64,000 nt of DNA from a virus. How positions within the stretch are numbered: position 1 is the stretch's first letter; each line of letters opens with the position of its first letter. Positions 28,383-38,200 of the stretch are shown here, piece by piece. The stretch is from IMG/VR virus record IMGVR_UViG_3300049218_000083, positions 69,861 through 133,860 of that record. One strand, 5' to 3'. Both the position numbers and the translations under genes were made by a program. Below the pieces are notes generated by a model, which saw only the letters and a list, made by a program, of their open reading frames with translations, had not been told where the DNA came from and did not search any database.

Positions 28383-28898
28383 CTATCGCTGACTTTTGTC
28401 GATGCAGAATCTCGATGGCTTTTGCGCGTCTGCATCGGTCAGACCATTCATATGGTTAGTCTGCACGAAATTCTCTTTCTGGTCTGGACGCATATCTGAG
28501 TCATCGTCAAGAATAACATAACTCTTAATCTCGTCACCGAGTAGATCCATCCAACGCTTGATCTCATCGCCGCGTATGGACGACATCTCGAAACCATCGA
28601 CCATCTTACCTCGGGGAGTTTTGTCGATGACCTTGCTGGAAGCTAACTCGCCACCTGCAGTTTTGATGTAGCCACGAATCTCAGCCAAAGGATGCAGAAT
28701 TCTCCAGGTGGAACTGATCACGATCTCGACGTCAGGGTGAGCGACCATGATCTTCTCGAGATGGGCGACTGCTTCTGGATCGAATTCGGCTTCATCGCGC
28801 CACATGAAAGTCTTACCTTCTTCTTTCAGCTTCTGACGCTTCATGTACCACTTGGTACTATTCAGCACGCCATCGATGTCGAGGAACAAAACCTTCAT
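28383..28898 (-). CDS. HAD phosphatase, Swiss Army Knife RNA-repair-like domain
   Basis: LFLDIDGVLN; ISSTWR; RGDEI; YVILDDDSD. Confidence 0.82.
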   Translation of the reverse strand: MKVLFLDIDGVLNSTKWYMKRQKLKEEGKTFMWRDEAEFDPEAVAHLEKIMVAHPDVEIVISSTWRILHPLAEIRGYIKTAGGELASSKVIDKTPRGKMVDGFEMSSIRGDEIKRWMDLLGDEIKSYVILDDDSDMRPDQKENFVQTNHMNGLTDADAQKPSRFCIDKSQR

Positions 28899-29092
28899 GG
28901 GTACTTCCTCCGAATGTACTCTGCGACTTCTTCCTTCCCCATTGGCAACTCATTTGGTTGGATCCATTCGGCGAAGTCGTCGACGATCTGCCAACCAGCC
29001 AGGAAGTATCTCATCGCGCATGCCCAGAGCATTCCGAGCAGCATGAACGGCACGAAAATGATGTACAGAACGATAGCCAGAAAGTTCTTCAT
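28895..29092 (-). CDS. Small membrane protein
   Basis: Hydrophobic N-term. Confidence 0.55.
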   Translation of the reverse strand: MKNFLAIVLYIIFVPFMLLGMLWACAMRYFLAGWQIVDDFAEWIQPNELPMGKEEVAEYIRRKYP

Positions 29093-29685
29093 GCGTCCAC
29101 CTTTAGATTGTTGGCAAGCAACATCATGATGTCATAGGCGCAGTCATGTACTGGATCGTGCTTCTGAACGATGAACCGATTGAAGTTCGGGACATCACAG
29201 TATCCGCCTGAAGAGCCATCAACGATCAGGTCAACCGCTGTTCGAACGTCACGCCAGTTGGAGAAGGGAATGAGGATCTCCTGACCTGCGGAACGGCAAA
29301 GGCTGTCGAGCACGATACCATCGAGAGCACCACGTGCCCAGAACACGACGTCATCGTTCTTGCGTGTCTCTGGCTTCAGCTGGCAGTAAGTTCGCAGGGC
29401 ATTCAGGCCATCCACAGCCGAAACATCTGTAGGATAGACAGTCAAAGACTTGTCCTTGATGATCTGAGGACGCTTGCGCCACCATTCCATCGTTTCGGCG
29501 TCAACATGACGCTTGTAGACTTTGATCTGCTCTTCGACCTTGAACTTCACGAACACTGCGCGCTCGAGAAGATCCTGATAGTTTGGCTTTTCGTCGAGTT
29601 TGAACTCGATGGCAGCAACCGAAAGAACAACAGCGTTGCTCTCGATAGATGCGCACTCGATATCGACCATGTATTGACGTGTCAT
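29089..29685 (-). CDS. DEDDh 3'-5' exonuclease (DexA/Rv2179c-like)
   Basis: MVDIEC..FWARG..HDPVHDCAYD. Confidence 0.8.
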   Translation of the reverse strand: MTRQYMVDIECASIESNAVVLSVAAIEFKLDEKPNYQDLLERAVFVKFKVEEQIKVYKRHVDAETMEWWRKRPQIIKDKSLTVYPTDVSAVDGLNALRTYCQLKPETRKNDDVVFWARGALDGIVLDSLCRSAGQEILIPFSNWRDVRTAVDLIVDGSSGGYCDVPNFNRFIVQKHDPVHDCAYDIMMLLANNLKVDA

Positions 29686-30251
29686 TCTTCGTCCTTGCTG
29701 TGGTGTTGTCGGATCTCGAGTCGGTCCAAGTGACGCTTGATTTCATCCATCGGATACAGCCGATAGTCGCCATAACTAAAAGTCGGCGAGTCAACGCAGA
29801 CATTGGCGATGCGACCCTCGACGCCAGACAGCTTCTCATGGATGTGACCATGGAGATGATACGCACCACGAGCCATCTTGTTCCATTCCTGGATGGGATA
29901 GTGGAACAGAATCCAGTTGCCACCGGGAACCGTCAGTTCCTTGTATTCCTGAATCGTCGTGAACTTGTTGCGCAGCTTCTCGTCCTGACGAATCTCGCGG
30001 TCATGGTTGCCGTAGATCAAGTGCTTTTTGCCTGGCAGCTGATCCATGATCCGTTTGGCTTTGTCAGCCTTGCAGAAAAACCCATCACCCAGGATGAAGA
30101 CGTCATCTTCTGGAGTGACCTGTTCCTGCCACTTTTCAATCATCTTTCGGTCCATGACTTCGATGTTGGCATCGGGCCGAGTCGCAGGACAGAACCTGTG
30201 GATGTTGGTGTGGGAGAAATGATTGTCGGAAGTGAAGAAGATTTGACTCAT
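29682..30251 (-). CDS. Calcineurin-like metallophosphoesterase
   Basis: SDNHFSH; LGD; GNHD; FHYP; HGHIH. Confidence 0.88.
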   Translation of the reverse strand: MSQIFFTSDNHFSHTNIHRFCPATRPDANIEVMDRKMIEKWQEQVTPEDDVFILGDGFFCKADKAKRIMDQLPGKKHLIYGNHDREIRQDEKLRNKFTTIQEYKELTVPGGNWILFHYPIQEWNKMARGAYHLHGHIHEKLSGVEGRIANVCVDSPTFSYGDYRLYPMDEIKRHLDRLEIRQHHSKDEE

Positions 30252-30259
30252 AGGCTCAT

Positions 30260-30288
30260 AATATAAAATGTACCACGCAAAATGTAAA
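30260..30288 (-). promoter_or_regulatory. Sigma70-like promoter
   Basis: TTTACA-17 bp-TATATT upstream of the phosphoesterase gene. Confidence 0.55.
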
Positions 30289-30295
30289 GGCTATC

Positions 30296-30478
30296 TTAAA
30301 CCTCTTCTATCGTGATCTTGTGTCCAGCCCAAACGTAGACATCGGTGCTTTCTCCAGGAAGGAGTGATGCCAATGCCACACTCTCGATGTTGTTTGCGTC
30401 AGCACGCTTGACAATCACATTATGGTTGTCAGATGCAGTGTTGCTGGATTCATTGATAATCTTAACCTTGGTGGTCAT
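30296..30478 (-). CDS. Hypothetical protein
   Basis: 60-aa coupled ORF. Confidence 0.55.
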   Translation of the reverse strand: MTTKVKIINESSNTASDNHNVIVKRADANNIESVALASLLPGESTDVYVWAGHKITIEEV

Positions 30479-31485
30479 AGCGAGTTGATATCCTCATTTC
30501 TAGAACGCAAGTATACGTCAAACTCGCGCTTCAATTCTGGTTTGTGTGAAGCAAATTCAAGAACGCCAAAGCTGTTTTTGTGAAGATCAGTGTATGGATC
30601 AAACTGGTGCTTCAGGAACATATCCCAACGACCGACATACTGACGATCAGCCTTTCGACCATGCCAAAAGTGCTCGATGGTTCCTTGCATAAATCCAATT
30701 TCGTAATTGATAAACTTGACTGCACGATCTTTCCATGACTGGAGAGCGTGAAGGTAGTTAGGATGCGTTCCGCCTGGGTGAGAATACTCAACCTTGTTCA
30801 CCATAGCCAACGCCATGTGATGATCGCCAGATCCCATTCCACCCAACTCGAACAACCCACCGATCTTGTCTAGCGCACTTCTACGATACGCCCAGGCATA
30901 ACCAGTGTGAGGATATGTGTGAGGACCGCCATCGAACTTCCAGAACTTCTTTCCGTTTGGAACGACTGGGTGTCCATGAAGGAATTGCTTTGCGAATGAG
31001 CTATGGACATCCAAGTGCTCATCGTTTGGACCAAGATCATACGCAGTATCCCAAGGTTGGATGACTGGGTAAAGCTGAAGAGCATTCAACACGTCTTGAG
31101 CCCAGGTTGGCTTACGAAACGTCACATCCGCATCAGCGGTCATGATGTATTTTGCGTCATGTGGGAGACGTGAAATACCAATGTTCATCAGGTTTTCTTT
31201 GTTCCAAGCAAGTGTTTCAGCTTTTACACCGATGTGTGTTACACCAGGAGTTCCGGTACACTGGAATGGGCGATCACCGTTGACGCACTCGACTACAGTC
31301 AGATTGACACCCGCAGCGACCATGGCTGCTTCGAATGCTCTGTAGGTTGCGATACGACTTGCCCACAGAAGTGGGTTGTAGATGACTGTCACTACATGTA
31401 ACAGTTTTGGGTCCATTAGACCACTGCCACTGAATGAAATCGTACCGGGCACAGATTTCTTGACGCTGCCAGTATCGTATGACAT
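30475..31485 (-). CDS. Putative GT-A glycosyltransferase
   Basis: KENLMNIG..YIMTADAD (DxD); GSGDH; HFWHG. Confidence 0.6.
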   Translation of the reverse strand: MSYDTGSVKKSVPGTISFSGSGLMDPKLLHVVTVIYNPLLWASRIATYRAFEAAMVAAGVNLTVVECVNGDRPFQCTGTPGVTHIGVKAETLAWNKENLMNIGISRLPHDAKYIMTADADVTFRKPTWAQDVLNALQLYPVIQPWDTAYDLGPNDEHLDVHSSFAKQFLHGHPVVPNGKKFWKFDGGPHTYPHTGYAWAYRRSALDKIGGLFELGGMGSGDHHMALAMVNKVEYSHPGGTHPNYLHALQSWKDRAVKFINYEIGFMQGTIEHFWHGRKADRQYVGRWDMFLKHQFDPYTDLHKNSFGVLEFASHKPELKREFDVYLRSRNEDINSL

Positions 31486-31575
31486 TATGAACTCCGAGGG
31501 ATTATTTGCTTTCCTTCTATTTAGTTCATGTCAACGCGATGCTGTATTTACAGCATTATTTCTAAGAACGACGTT

Positions 31576-33075
31576 TCACCTACGAATGTTGGCACGAACC
31601 TCGCCAACCGTCCACTTCTTGTGGAACATACCATTACGCCAGACCACGGCAAGGTTGTCATGCTTGCTGAGAGCCGCCTGTCCAGCCTTGTCCAACTGGT
31701 CCTTGGCATGGAACGGTTCGATGTTACCGTCACCCAGAACCACGATGCGACCCTTGGCACTCTTCTTCACGCCACTGTCGGTCTTCGGATCCTTGAACAG
31801 CATATGCTCTTTCCCACCCACGACGGCTGCTGTAGCCTTCATTGCGAAACCATACGTGTCACGAGTGTTGTACTCGTAGAAGTATGAGCCGAGTCCCAAC
31901 ACCACGTTGGTGCTGGCGAATCCTTTCGCTTCCAATCGCTGGAAGATTTCCTGGGCTCGCTCGTAGGTGATGGAGTCACCGTAGATCGCACCGATATGGC
32001 TGTCGAGCACCTTGAAACCCTTCTCATTGACAGTTCCACCGAAGATGTCCCACAGAGCCTCGACAACACCCTTTTGGATCAAGGAGTCACGCAGTGGCAA
32101 TTCGTTCAGGTCCGGACGCGTGTATCGATGGTCACCACAAAGGATGTCGACCGGATCTCCACTGTCTGGGCGGATGACAGTCTTACCGTCACGCGCAAGG
32201 ATTTGGTCCTTCAGTCTGGGTAGGATGTGCCCGATGACGTGCCACAGGTCCCAGGTGTCGCTTACAATCGACACGATGCCTTGTGGGTACAGGCTGAGCA
32301 ACCGCGAGTAAGTCTCTTCCTCATCGGTCTCACCACCAGCGCACATGACCGAATGCTCAGTCGCTGGAACAGACATGCCGAGTAGTGGCTCATTGCCACC
32401 ATAGTAATACTTCTCGAGCAACTCGAGAGCCGGTAGAGTGTCGGTGCCGGTGAATGACAACAGGTGACCTGCTCCACTCATGGCCGCATCCTCAATGCCG
32501 CTCATGCCGCGGAATGAGAAGTCATGACCTTGCCAGTCGACAAAAGCCGGATCTCCAGTCACTCGGGCGAAGCGATCGAACATGGCACGCATACGATGAG
32601 CATGAGTCGCGCTGGTGCAACCTTTCCAGATCAGGTTGGAAAGCATGCTCTCGAAGTAGTTCGTGACCCAGGCGAAATCGCTATGGGTAGACTCGATGGT
32701 GAACATCGGAACACGAAGCGGAACACGCGTGCCTTCTGGCACAGCGCGGAACTCGAGAGGAACATAACCCAAATCATGCAGAGCAGCGATGTGGTCGACA
32801 CCAATGCTGTTCGGGCCGAAGTAGCCGTTCAAACGCTTCTGATACTTCTCGAGCACAGTCTGCTTGTGAGCATCGAAGAATGTCTCATTGGCCAACTCGA
32901 TGAAGTATGCCTGAAGAACATACTGCAGAATGAAGAACACGACGCTGTCAACACCCTGGATGCGCGAGTTGCGTGCGGTCCAGTTGGAATAGACGTTCTG
33001 TGTCTTGTTTGGATACTGTCGACGATGATCCAGCTTGTAGCCATCGGCCAGAGTGATGAAATCAAACTTGTGCAT
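31576..33075 (-). CDS. nadV: Nicotinamide phosphoribosyltransferase-like (Nampt/Namat)
   Basis: ADGYKLDH; HDFSFRG; ATEHSV; SDTWD; IRPDSGDP; YGDSIT; KKSAKG. Confidence 0.92.
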   Translation of the reverse strand: MHKFDFITLADGYKLDHRRQYPNKTQNVYSNWTARNSRIQGVDSVVFFILQYVLQAYFIELANETFFDAHKQTVLEKYQKRLNGYFGPNSIGVDHIAALHDLGYVPLEFRAVPEGTRVPLRVPMFTIESTHSDFAWVTNYFESMLSNLIWKGCTSATHAHRMRAMFDRFARVTGDPAFVDWQGHDFSFRGMSGIEDAAMSGAGHLLSFTGTDTLPALELLEKYYYGGNEPLLGMSVPATEHSVMCAGGETDEEETYSRLLSLYPQGIVSIVSDTWDLWHVIGHILPRLKDQILARDGKTVIRPDSGDPVDILCGDHRYTRPDLNELPLRDSLIQKGVVEALWDIFGGTVNEKGFKVLDSHIGAIYGDSITYERAQEIFQRLEAKGFASTNVVLGLGSYFYEYNTRDTYGFAMKATAAVVGGKEHMLFKDPKTDSGVKKSAKGRIVVLGDGNIEPFHAKDQLDKAGQAALSKHDNLAVVWRNGMFHKKWTVGEVRANIRR

Positions 33076-33078
33076 GAT

Positions 33079-33918
33079 TTAGAAATCCTCGGTAATGATC
33101 TTGTTGATGATCTGGTAAAGCGGAATCACTTGCAACCGTGGGTCATGGTACGGATTGGCTGGCAAGTGAGCGAAACTGTCTGTCGTATAGATAGAACTGA
33201 TCGTTTTGCTGATAGCATCTACACCTTTCGAGAAAATTCCGTGCGACACCCATAGCCATAGGTTGCTACTTCTGGCTGCGGGATCTTTCTCGAATTCCTG
33301 TGCCAAGAGATTAAAAGTCCCACCGCCATCACAAATATCGTCCACGATCAAATAGTTTCCTGGGCCAGGCAAAGCCGGCATGGAGAAACCAGTGAACTTT
33401 CCGGTGGCGAAGTCACGCTGTTTGTCGCACTGAATGACTTCCTTTATTGAACTCTTGGCCTCTGCGAAATTCCTTGCTCTTTCAACTGCACCATGATCAG
33501 GAGCGATCACGGTGAACTCTTTCTCAAAATTGAAACTCATGTCACTCGGCATGAAATTGTAGTCAACCAGACCCGAAGTCACTGGAGAGTGTGCATCGAA
33601 TGTGTAAATCTGGTCAGCCACCTGGTCAAACAACTCCATCATGATGTTAGCCGTGATTGGAGTCTGACCATCGCTGCGATCCTGACGAGCAGCTGGAAAA
33701 TATGGCACGAATAAAGAGGCGCGACCTTGTCGACGAACAGCATCGAGGACACAGATCGCAAGACCAATATCATTCCAGGTCCGTGGTTTCAGGAACAACA
33801 GTGCATTACCAAAGTCCTTTGGGATACGCGCATGCGGTTCACCGCCAGGGAAAAAGAAGGTCTCAATCCCAGTCGCCTTGTAGTTGTCACTGTCAATTAC
33901 TGTCACGGAGCCTTTCAT
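33079..33918 (-). CDS. prs: Ribose-phosphate pyrophosphokinase-like (Prs/Adps)
   Basis: FPGGEPH; PYFPAARQDR; APDHGA; IVDDICDGGGTF; SHGIFSKG. Confidence 0.88.
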   Translation of the reverse strand: MKGSVTVIDSDNYKATGIETFFFPGGEPHARIPKDFGNALLFLKPRTWNDIGLAICVLDAVRRQGRASLFVPYFPAARQDRSDGQTPITANIMMELFDQVADQIYTFDAHSPVTSGLVDYNFMPSDMSFNFEKEFTVIAPDHGAVERARNFAEAKSSIKEVIQCDKQRDFATGKFTGFSMPALPGPGNYLIVDDICDGGGTFNLLAQEFEKDPAARSSNLWLWVSHGIFSKGVDAISKTISSIYTTDSFAHLPANPYHDPRLQVIPLYQIINKIITEDF

Positions 33919-33949
33919 AATCTATCCTCAGTTACGTGCCAATATCTTA

Positions 33950-34534
33950 CTATGGTTTCTTCGTAATAACCCGATCGATCAAACCATACTGCTGAGCCTC
34001 GAGACTGGTCATGAAATTGTCCCGATCGCTGTCCTTCTCAACCTGTTCCGCTGGCTTGCCGGTATGGCTGCCCAGAATTTCATTCAGGCGAACCTTGGTC
34101 TTCTCAACATCGCGAGCATGGATCAGGATGTCCGATGCCTGACCATAGAACCCAGCGCTCGGCTGGTGAATCATGATCTTGGAGTTGGGAAGAGCGAACC
34201 GTTTGCCCTTGGCACCTGCCGCAAGCAACACTGCACCCATGGACGCAGCAACGCCAAGGCAGATAGTTGAGATCGGCGACCTGATGAACTGCATCGTGTC
34301 GTAGATGGCCATCCCGGAACTCACAGAGCCACCTGGTGAGTTGATGTAGAGGCAAATATCCTTGTCGTCGTTCTCATTCTCGAGATACAACAACTGGGCG
34401 ACGATGGAGTTGGCCACCATGTCATCGATGCCACCAGTCAGAAACACAACGCGCTCTTTCATCAGGCGCGAGTAAATGTCATAGCCACGTTCACCACGTG
34501 GACCAGACTCAACAACCATTGGGACAAGATTCAT
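33950..34534 (-). CDS. clpP: ATP-dependent Clp protease proteolytic subunit
   Basis: YDIYSRL; INSPGG; AASMG (Ser), IMIHQP (His), DRDNF (Asp). Confidence 0.95.
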   Translation of the reverse strand: MNLVPMVVESGPRGERGYDIYSRLMKERVVFLTGGIDDMVANSIVAQLLYLENENDDKDICLYINSPGGSVSSGMAIYDTMQFIRSPISTICLGVAASMGAVLLAAGAKGKRFALPNSKIMIHQPSAGFYGQASDILIHARDVEKTKVRLNEILGSHTGKPAEQVEKDSDRDNFMTSLEAQQYGLIDRVITKKP

Positions 34535-34728
34535 ATTGCTTCCTCAGTAAGTGATGATTTGTATTGTACCTGACCAACAACCACTTGCGTTACAACAAGT
34601 GGTGCTGGCCTCGGGAGAACTGTGCAGGTGACGGTAAACTGAGCATGCGCTGTTTTGGCATGCGCGCAACCAATCAGAACGAGGCAGTTGATTGCGATGG
34701 AGCCGATGATGCAGAGAATCCACTTCAT
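34531..34728 (-). CDS. Small secreted/membrane hypothetical protein
   Basis: Hydrophobic N-term; coupled. Confidence 0.5.
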   Translation of the reverse strand: MKWILCIIGSIAINCLVLIGCAHAKTAHAQFTVTCTVLPRPAPLVVTQVVVGQVQYKSSLTEEAI

Positions 34729-34901
34729 CGCGAAAAGATCTTCGGCTTGGTCATGAAGATGAGCAATATGACCCAGAAAGTGTCAAAGATCAATCCCCAC
34801 CAGTTGTGCTTGAAGAAGTCGTCAGCCATGAAGCCGATACAAATCCCAATCAGGATCAGTTGGATATCTCTATGCATGCTGTTCATTGTCTGTTCTGCCA
34901 T
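34725..34901 (-). CDS. Small two-TM membrane protein
   Basis: Manual translation ..IQLILIGICIGFMA..WWGLIFDTFWVILLIF. Confidence 0.45.
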   Translation of the reverse strand: MAEQTMNSMHRDIQLILIGICIGFMADDFFKHNWWGLIFDTFWVILLIFMTKPKIFSR

Positions 34902-35029
34902 TCACACTCAACGCGGCACCAAGAACCCTGCCAGTCAGCGCGACGACCATACTTTCGGTGCAGGATCTTCATGTCATCGAGGTTGTCAGCGGTGATGTAC
35001 GTCCAGATATCATGCCAGACGACTCCATA

Positions 35030-35719
35030 TCATTGATTTGCCCTCTTCATGTTCTTCATGGCGGTGAAGTCCGCCAGCGCAGCCTCGGCTATCTTCTCAT
35101 CAAACACCGGCAGGTCGTCGAACTTATCCTTGCCCCACGGGAGTCCGTAGTGTTCAGCGCAGTCAGGACCATAACCCATGGCCTTGGATTCCGGCGTCGA
35201 CAACTGGCGGGAGCAGAAGCAGCACTTGCTGAGCAGCTTGCCGTGCTCTGCAGCCATCTTGGCCGGATCCTCGTTGAACTTGGTGAGGAGGGTCAGCAGT
35301 TCCTGCTTCACTTCGACACCACGCTTGATGACAGTCACCGAACTGTCGAGGTTGATTCGGCCCATATAGCCACGGTTGTCAGTCACGAGGCTCAACGCAC
35401 CGGGATGCTTGGCGCGATCACTGGCGACGCTCATCTTGATCTCTTCGTTACCGAATTTGAGCAGCACCTTGGGAGCCTGGAGACCAGCCTTCTTAGCACG
35501 ACCCATGAGCGCGAAGATTTTGTCAAAGACAACCTTGGTCACGGTAGTGGTGCTGGGGATGCCCAGCGTCTGCTGAAGAAGCTTGGTGACCCACTCGGCT
35601 TGCTTGGCAGACGGCGGATTCGCGTAAGCGATACGACGAGCGAACTGAGCATCACAAGCGGCAACCAGCTCACTTTCTACGAGAGACTGGAGTTGGATTT
35701 GTTCATCACTGTAAGCCAT
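35030..35719 (-). CDS. Hypothetical protein with C-terminal Zn finger (DUF6011-like)
   Basis: CCFCSRQLSTPESKAMGYGPDCA. Confidence 0.7.
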   Translation of the reverse strand: MAYSDEQIQLQSLVESELVAACDAQFARRIAYANPPSAKQAEWVTKLLQQTLGIPSTTTVTKVVFDKIFALMGRAKKAGLQAPKVLLKFGNEEIKMSVASDRAKHPGALSLVTDNRGYMGRINLDSSVTVIKRGVEVKQELLTLLTKFNEDPAKMAAEHGKLLSKCCFCSRQLSTPESKAMGYGPDCAEHYGLPWGKDKFDDLPVFDEKIAEAALADFTAMKNMKRANQ

Positions 35720-35818
35720 TTTCTATCCTCGTTTCTTACTAACCACGCACCCATTGTACCGGCGCATGTTACGAAAAGAAAGACCACTCGTAGAGTTCTT
35801 GACCGAACTGTTAACTGG

Positions 35819-36022
35819 TTATCGCTTTTTCACCCTCGCTCCGTTGCGCCATACATATTCAGGCTTTGAATCCTCTTTCTTGACCTGTGGCTCGTCAAAT
35901 TCAGTCGCCATCTCGATGAAAATCTCTTCGTCTTTCATCGAACCTAGCTGCGCCATGGCGAGCGCTCTGTCCATCATGGATCGAATCTTGGCCGCCAGCT
36001 CCTTTGCCTTTTCTTCCAACAT
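35819..36022 (-). CDS. Hypothetical protein
   Basis: 67-aa coupled ORF. Confidence 0.55.
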   Translation of the reverse strand: MLEEKAKELAAKIRSMMDRALAMAQLGSMKDEEIFIEMATEFDEPQVKKEDSKPEYVWRNGARVKKR

Positions 36023-36918
36023 TACATGTCACTCCTGTCGCGGAAGCCCAAGTAGATGGGGAAACGCGGCGCATCCTTGTTTCCACCGTCGAAGAACTTG
36101 TACTTCACGATCTTACCAATCAGGTTCTTGCGGTCAGCCCACAGAGCCTTCCGGGTCGCGATGTCGAACCCAGAGCCGATATTGAACACGGCACCACCCT
36201 CGCAGTTCTTCACGATCAGCGCGCCGAGCATGTCCTGCGGGATCATGCCTTCTTTGTGTGACGAGCGCTCGGTATGGCCGAAAGCATCGGTGGTGGCCTG
36301 GTTGCCGTTTTTCAGCAACTCCTCGAAGCCAGTGATCTCAGCCTCGGCATCGCTGAAACGCTTCAGCTTGATCATCCCACCCTCGCTGGTCGTCGATCGA
36401 CCATGCTTGTAGGCACCGTTGACCGAGCGGCAAATCAAACCCTCGAACCCTTGACCCAGGCATTGGCGCTCATAGGTGTCCAGTTCGTTCTGGGTCGAGA
36501 TCATGGTCTGTTCGACCAACACGCCAGGATACGGAAGAGCACCGTCGCTCTGCAACTTGATGAGCGAAGCGACGCGCTGCTTGAAGCCAAGCGTCTTCTG
36601 GTTCAGGTTGTCGAAAATCCAGTACTGGAAGTCCGGCTCGCCGTCCTCGGACATGACCGCCGACATCGTCACGCGGTAGAAGTCCGGCGCTCCCGGATCA
36701 CCAACACCCAACTCACCGTCGAAGCCATCGAACTTCCCAGTGCCAAGCAGCTTCTGCACATGGCGATTCGGAATCGGTTTCCAGTTGCGGCTCATCGCGA
36801 TACCACCAACGACGATACAGCGGATTCCGTCCAGCTTCGGTGAAGCGATCAGCGGGAACTTGAAGGTATCCGGTGCCTTGGCGGCCAGCATCGGTTTGAT
36901 TGCAGCAGGAAGGCTCAT
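36022..36918 (-). CDS. ATP-dependent DNA ligase
   Basis: KPMLA; PKLDGIR; FDGEL; GFEGLI; KLKRF; RFPIYLGFRD; start MSLPAA. Confidence 0.92.
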   Translation of the reverse strand: MSLPAAIKPMLAAKAPDTFKFPLIASPKLDGIRCIVVGGIAMSRNWKPIPNRHVQKLLGTGKFDGFDGELGVGDPGAPDFYRVTMSAVMSEDGEPDFQYWIFDNLNQKTLGFKQRVASLIKLQSDGALPYPGVLVEQTMISTQNELDTYERQCLGQGFEGLICRSVNGAYKHGRSTTSEGGMIKLKRFSDAEAEITGFEELLKNGNQATTDAFGHTERSSHKEGMIPQDMLGALIVKNCEGGAVFNIGSGFDIATRKALWADRKNLIGKIVKYKFFDGGNKDAPRFPIYLGFRDRSDM

Positions 36919-37115
36919 TTCATCTCCTTGGCTTCGCCACCATGGCGAGTTGCGTAATCTTTGGCGCGCTGCTCGGTAATGCCGAACATACGCTGGGACA
37001 TGTGGGGTCCGATCCACTGCCAGTTTGTCGGAGCCGACTGCATCGAGGCGGCAATCTGGCGGAATCCATCAAGAGTCACTTCATTCATCACGAATCTCCT
37101 GTTACCTGAGACCAA
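36915..37115 (-). CDS. Hypothetical protein
   Basis: 66-aa ORF. Confidence 0.5.
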   Translation of the reverse strand: MVSGNRRFVMNEVTLDGFRQIAASMQSAPTNWQWIGPHMSQRMFGITEQRAKDYATRHGGEAKEMK

Positions 37116-37162
37116 CTCTACGCGGACTCGGCGACTAAAGAAAGAGGCGCAGTTATCGTTTC
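37113..37162. repeat. 50-bp dispersed repeat, copy 1
   Basis: ~42/50 identical to 38350-38399. Confidence 0.85.
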
Positions 37163-37573
37163 AGGGATCGGCCAAATGTATGGCAAATCTGGCGACTCAG
37201 TCCAGCCGAATGTGGAGTAATGCTCGGGAAACTTCCGTAGAAGATTGCTACGATGAGATGCGTGGAAAGCCTCGTCACCGATCCAGCTTGGGAGCCGGTA
37301 TTCGACCGGCAACGCGATGTTCTCGAAGATCGGCAGTTGGGTGTCCTTGTAGCCGCGACGAATCCACTCGCGACACATGACCATCCCATACTCACACAGT
37401 GCGCGAGAGTGGCCACGCCACATCTTTGCTGCAGGGTGCTGGGACCATCCGTTAGAAGTGCCGAGCGTCACGCGCAGCAGTTGCATGGTCTCGATGCGTT
37501 GCTTCCCAAGTCGCCGGTAGTCGAGACACTCGGCTGACTTTTGGAAGTCAGAATACGGAAGGAACGTCTGCAT
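37118..37573 (-). CDS. Pyrimidine-dimer DNA glycosylase-like (DenV/MSMEG_6728-like)
   Basis: MQTFLPY..LDYRRLGKQRIET..HPAAKMWRG..HASHRSNLLRK. Confidence 0.82.
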   Translation of the reverse strand: MQTFLPYSDFQKSAECLDYRRLGKQRIETMQLLRVTLGTSNGWSQHPAAKMWRGHSRALCEYGMVMCREWIRRGYKDTQLPIFENIALPVEYRLPSWIGDEAFHASHRSNLLRKFPEHYSTFGWTESPDLPYIWPIPETITAPLSLVAESA

Positions 37574-37775
37574 CTTCGCCGTCCGAACCATCCAGTTCAT
37601 CCTCGAAGCGCACGTCGCACTTCTCACCCCAGATTTGGCCGAAGGCTCGCTTCAGCTGCTCTGTTATGACGGCGCGATCATTGGTGTCCATTTCGCTGAC
37701 ATCCATGTCAACCACCGCGTCCTGGCCAGGAATTCCGACCGACCAGTCACCTGTCGTTTGGACGTAGATTTTCAT
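37548..37775 (-). CDS. Acidic hypothetical protein
   Basis: GDWSVGIPG; 75 aa. Confidence 0.55.
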   Translation of the reverse strand: MKIYVQTTGDWSVGIPGQDAVVDMDVSEMDTNDRAVITEQLKRAFGQIWGEKCDVRFEDELDGSDGEDADVPSVF

Positions 37776-38200
37776 GAGCGATCCGCCGGAGTCAGGAACG
37801 CGTCGAGGATGTTACCACCGACAGGCTTCTCACCGAAGTACTGGGCGACCTGGTCGGCATTCATGCGAAACATCTTGCCGTTACCGTCTTTCACCGCGCA
37901 CTTGGAGCGACCAGTGAAACCCTCGAAGGTGAAATTGCCGTGGCGAGGAGTGCTGAAGGTTTTGCCGAGATGAGCCTCGGTCAAACCGAACTTCCAACCG
38001 TTCCGCTTCAGATTGAAGAGAAGCTTCGGATCGACACCTCCAGTTTCGGCAGAGTCACCGAACTGCGCCGATAGCTTAAAGGTCGTCGGGTTGTAGCGGA
38101 TAGAAGTCGGACTGAGCGTCAAACCGTGAGCCTTCGCTATAAGCTGAAGAGCCTCGGTGATGTCCTTGTGGATCGCTTTAACTTTCGCTTCGGTCAACAT
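37772..38200 (-). CDS. Hypothetical protein
   Basis: 142-aa ORF. Confidence 0.6.
   Translation of the reverse strand: MLTEAKVKAIHKDITEALQLIAKAHGLTLSPTSIRYNPTTFKLSAQFGDSAETGGVDPKLLFNLKRNGWKFGLTEAHLGKTFSTPRHGNFTFEGFTGRSKCAVKDGNGKMFRMNADQVAQYFGEKPVGGNILDAFLTPADRS

Noticed and set aside
34880-35030. In-frame continuation after the TGA of 35030-35719 (possible opal readthrough)
   Set aside because: No UCA-anticodon tRNA or SECIS seen, and no recognisable domain
452-37537. Many plus-strand ORFs antisense to minus-strand genes (e.g. 20798-21598, 34886-35869, 17657-18364)
   Set aside because: Shadow ORFs caused by codon bias of real genes; no motifs
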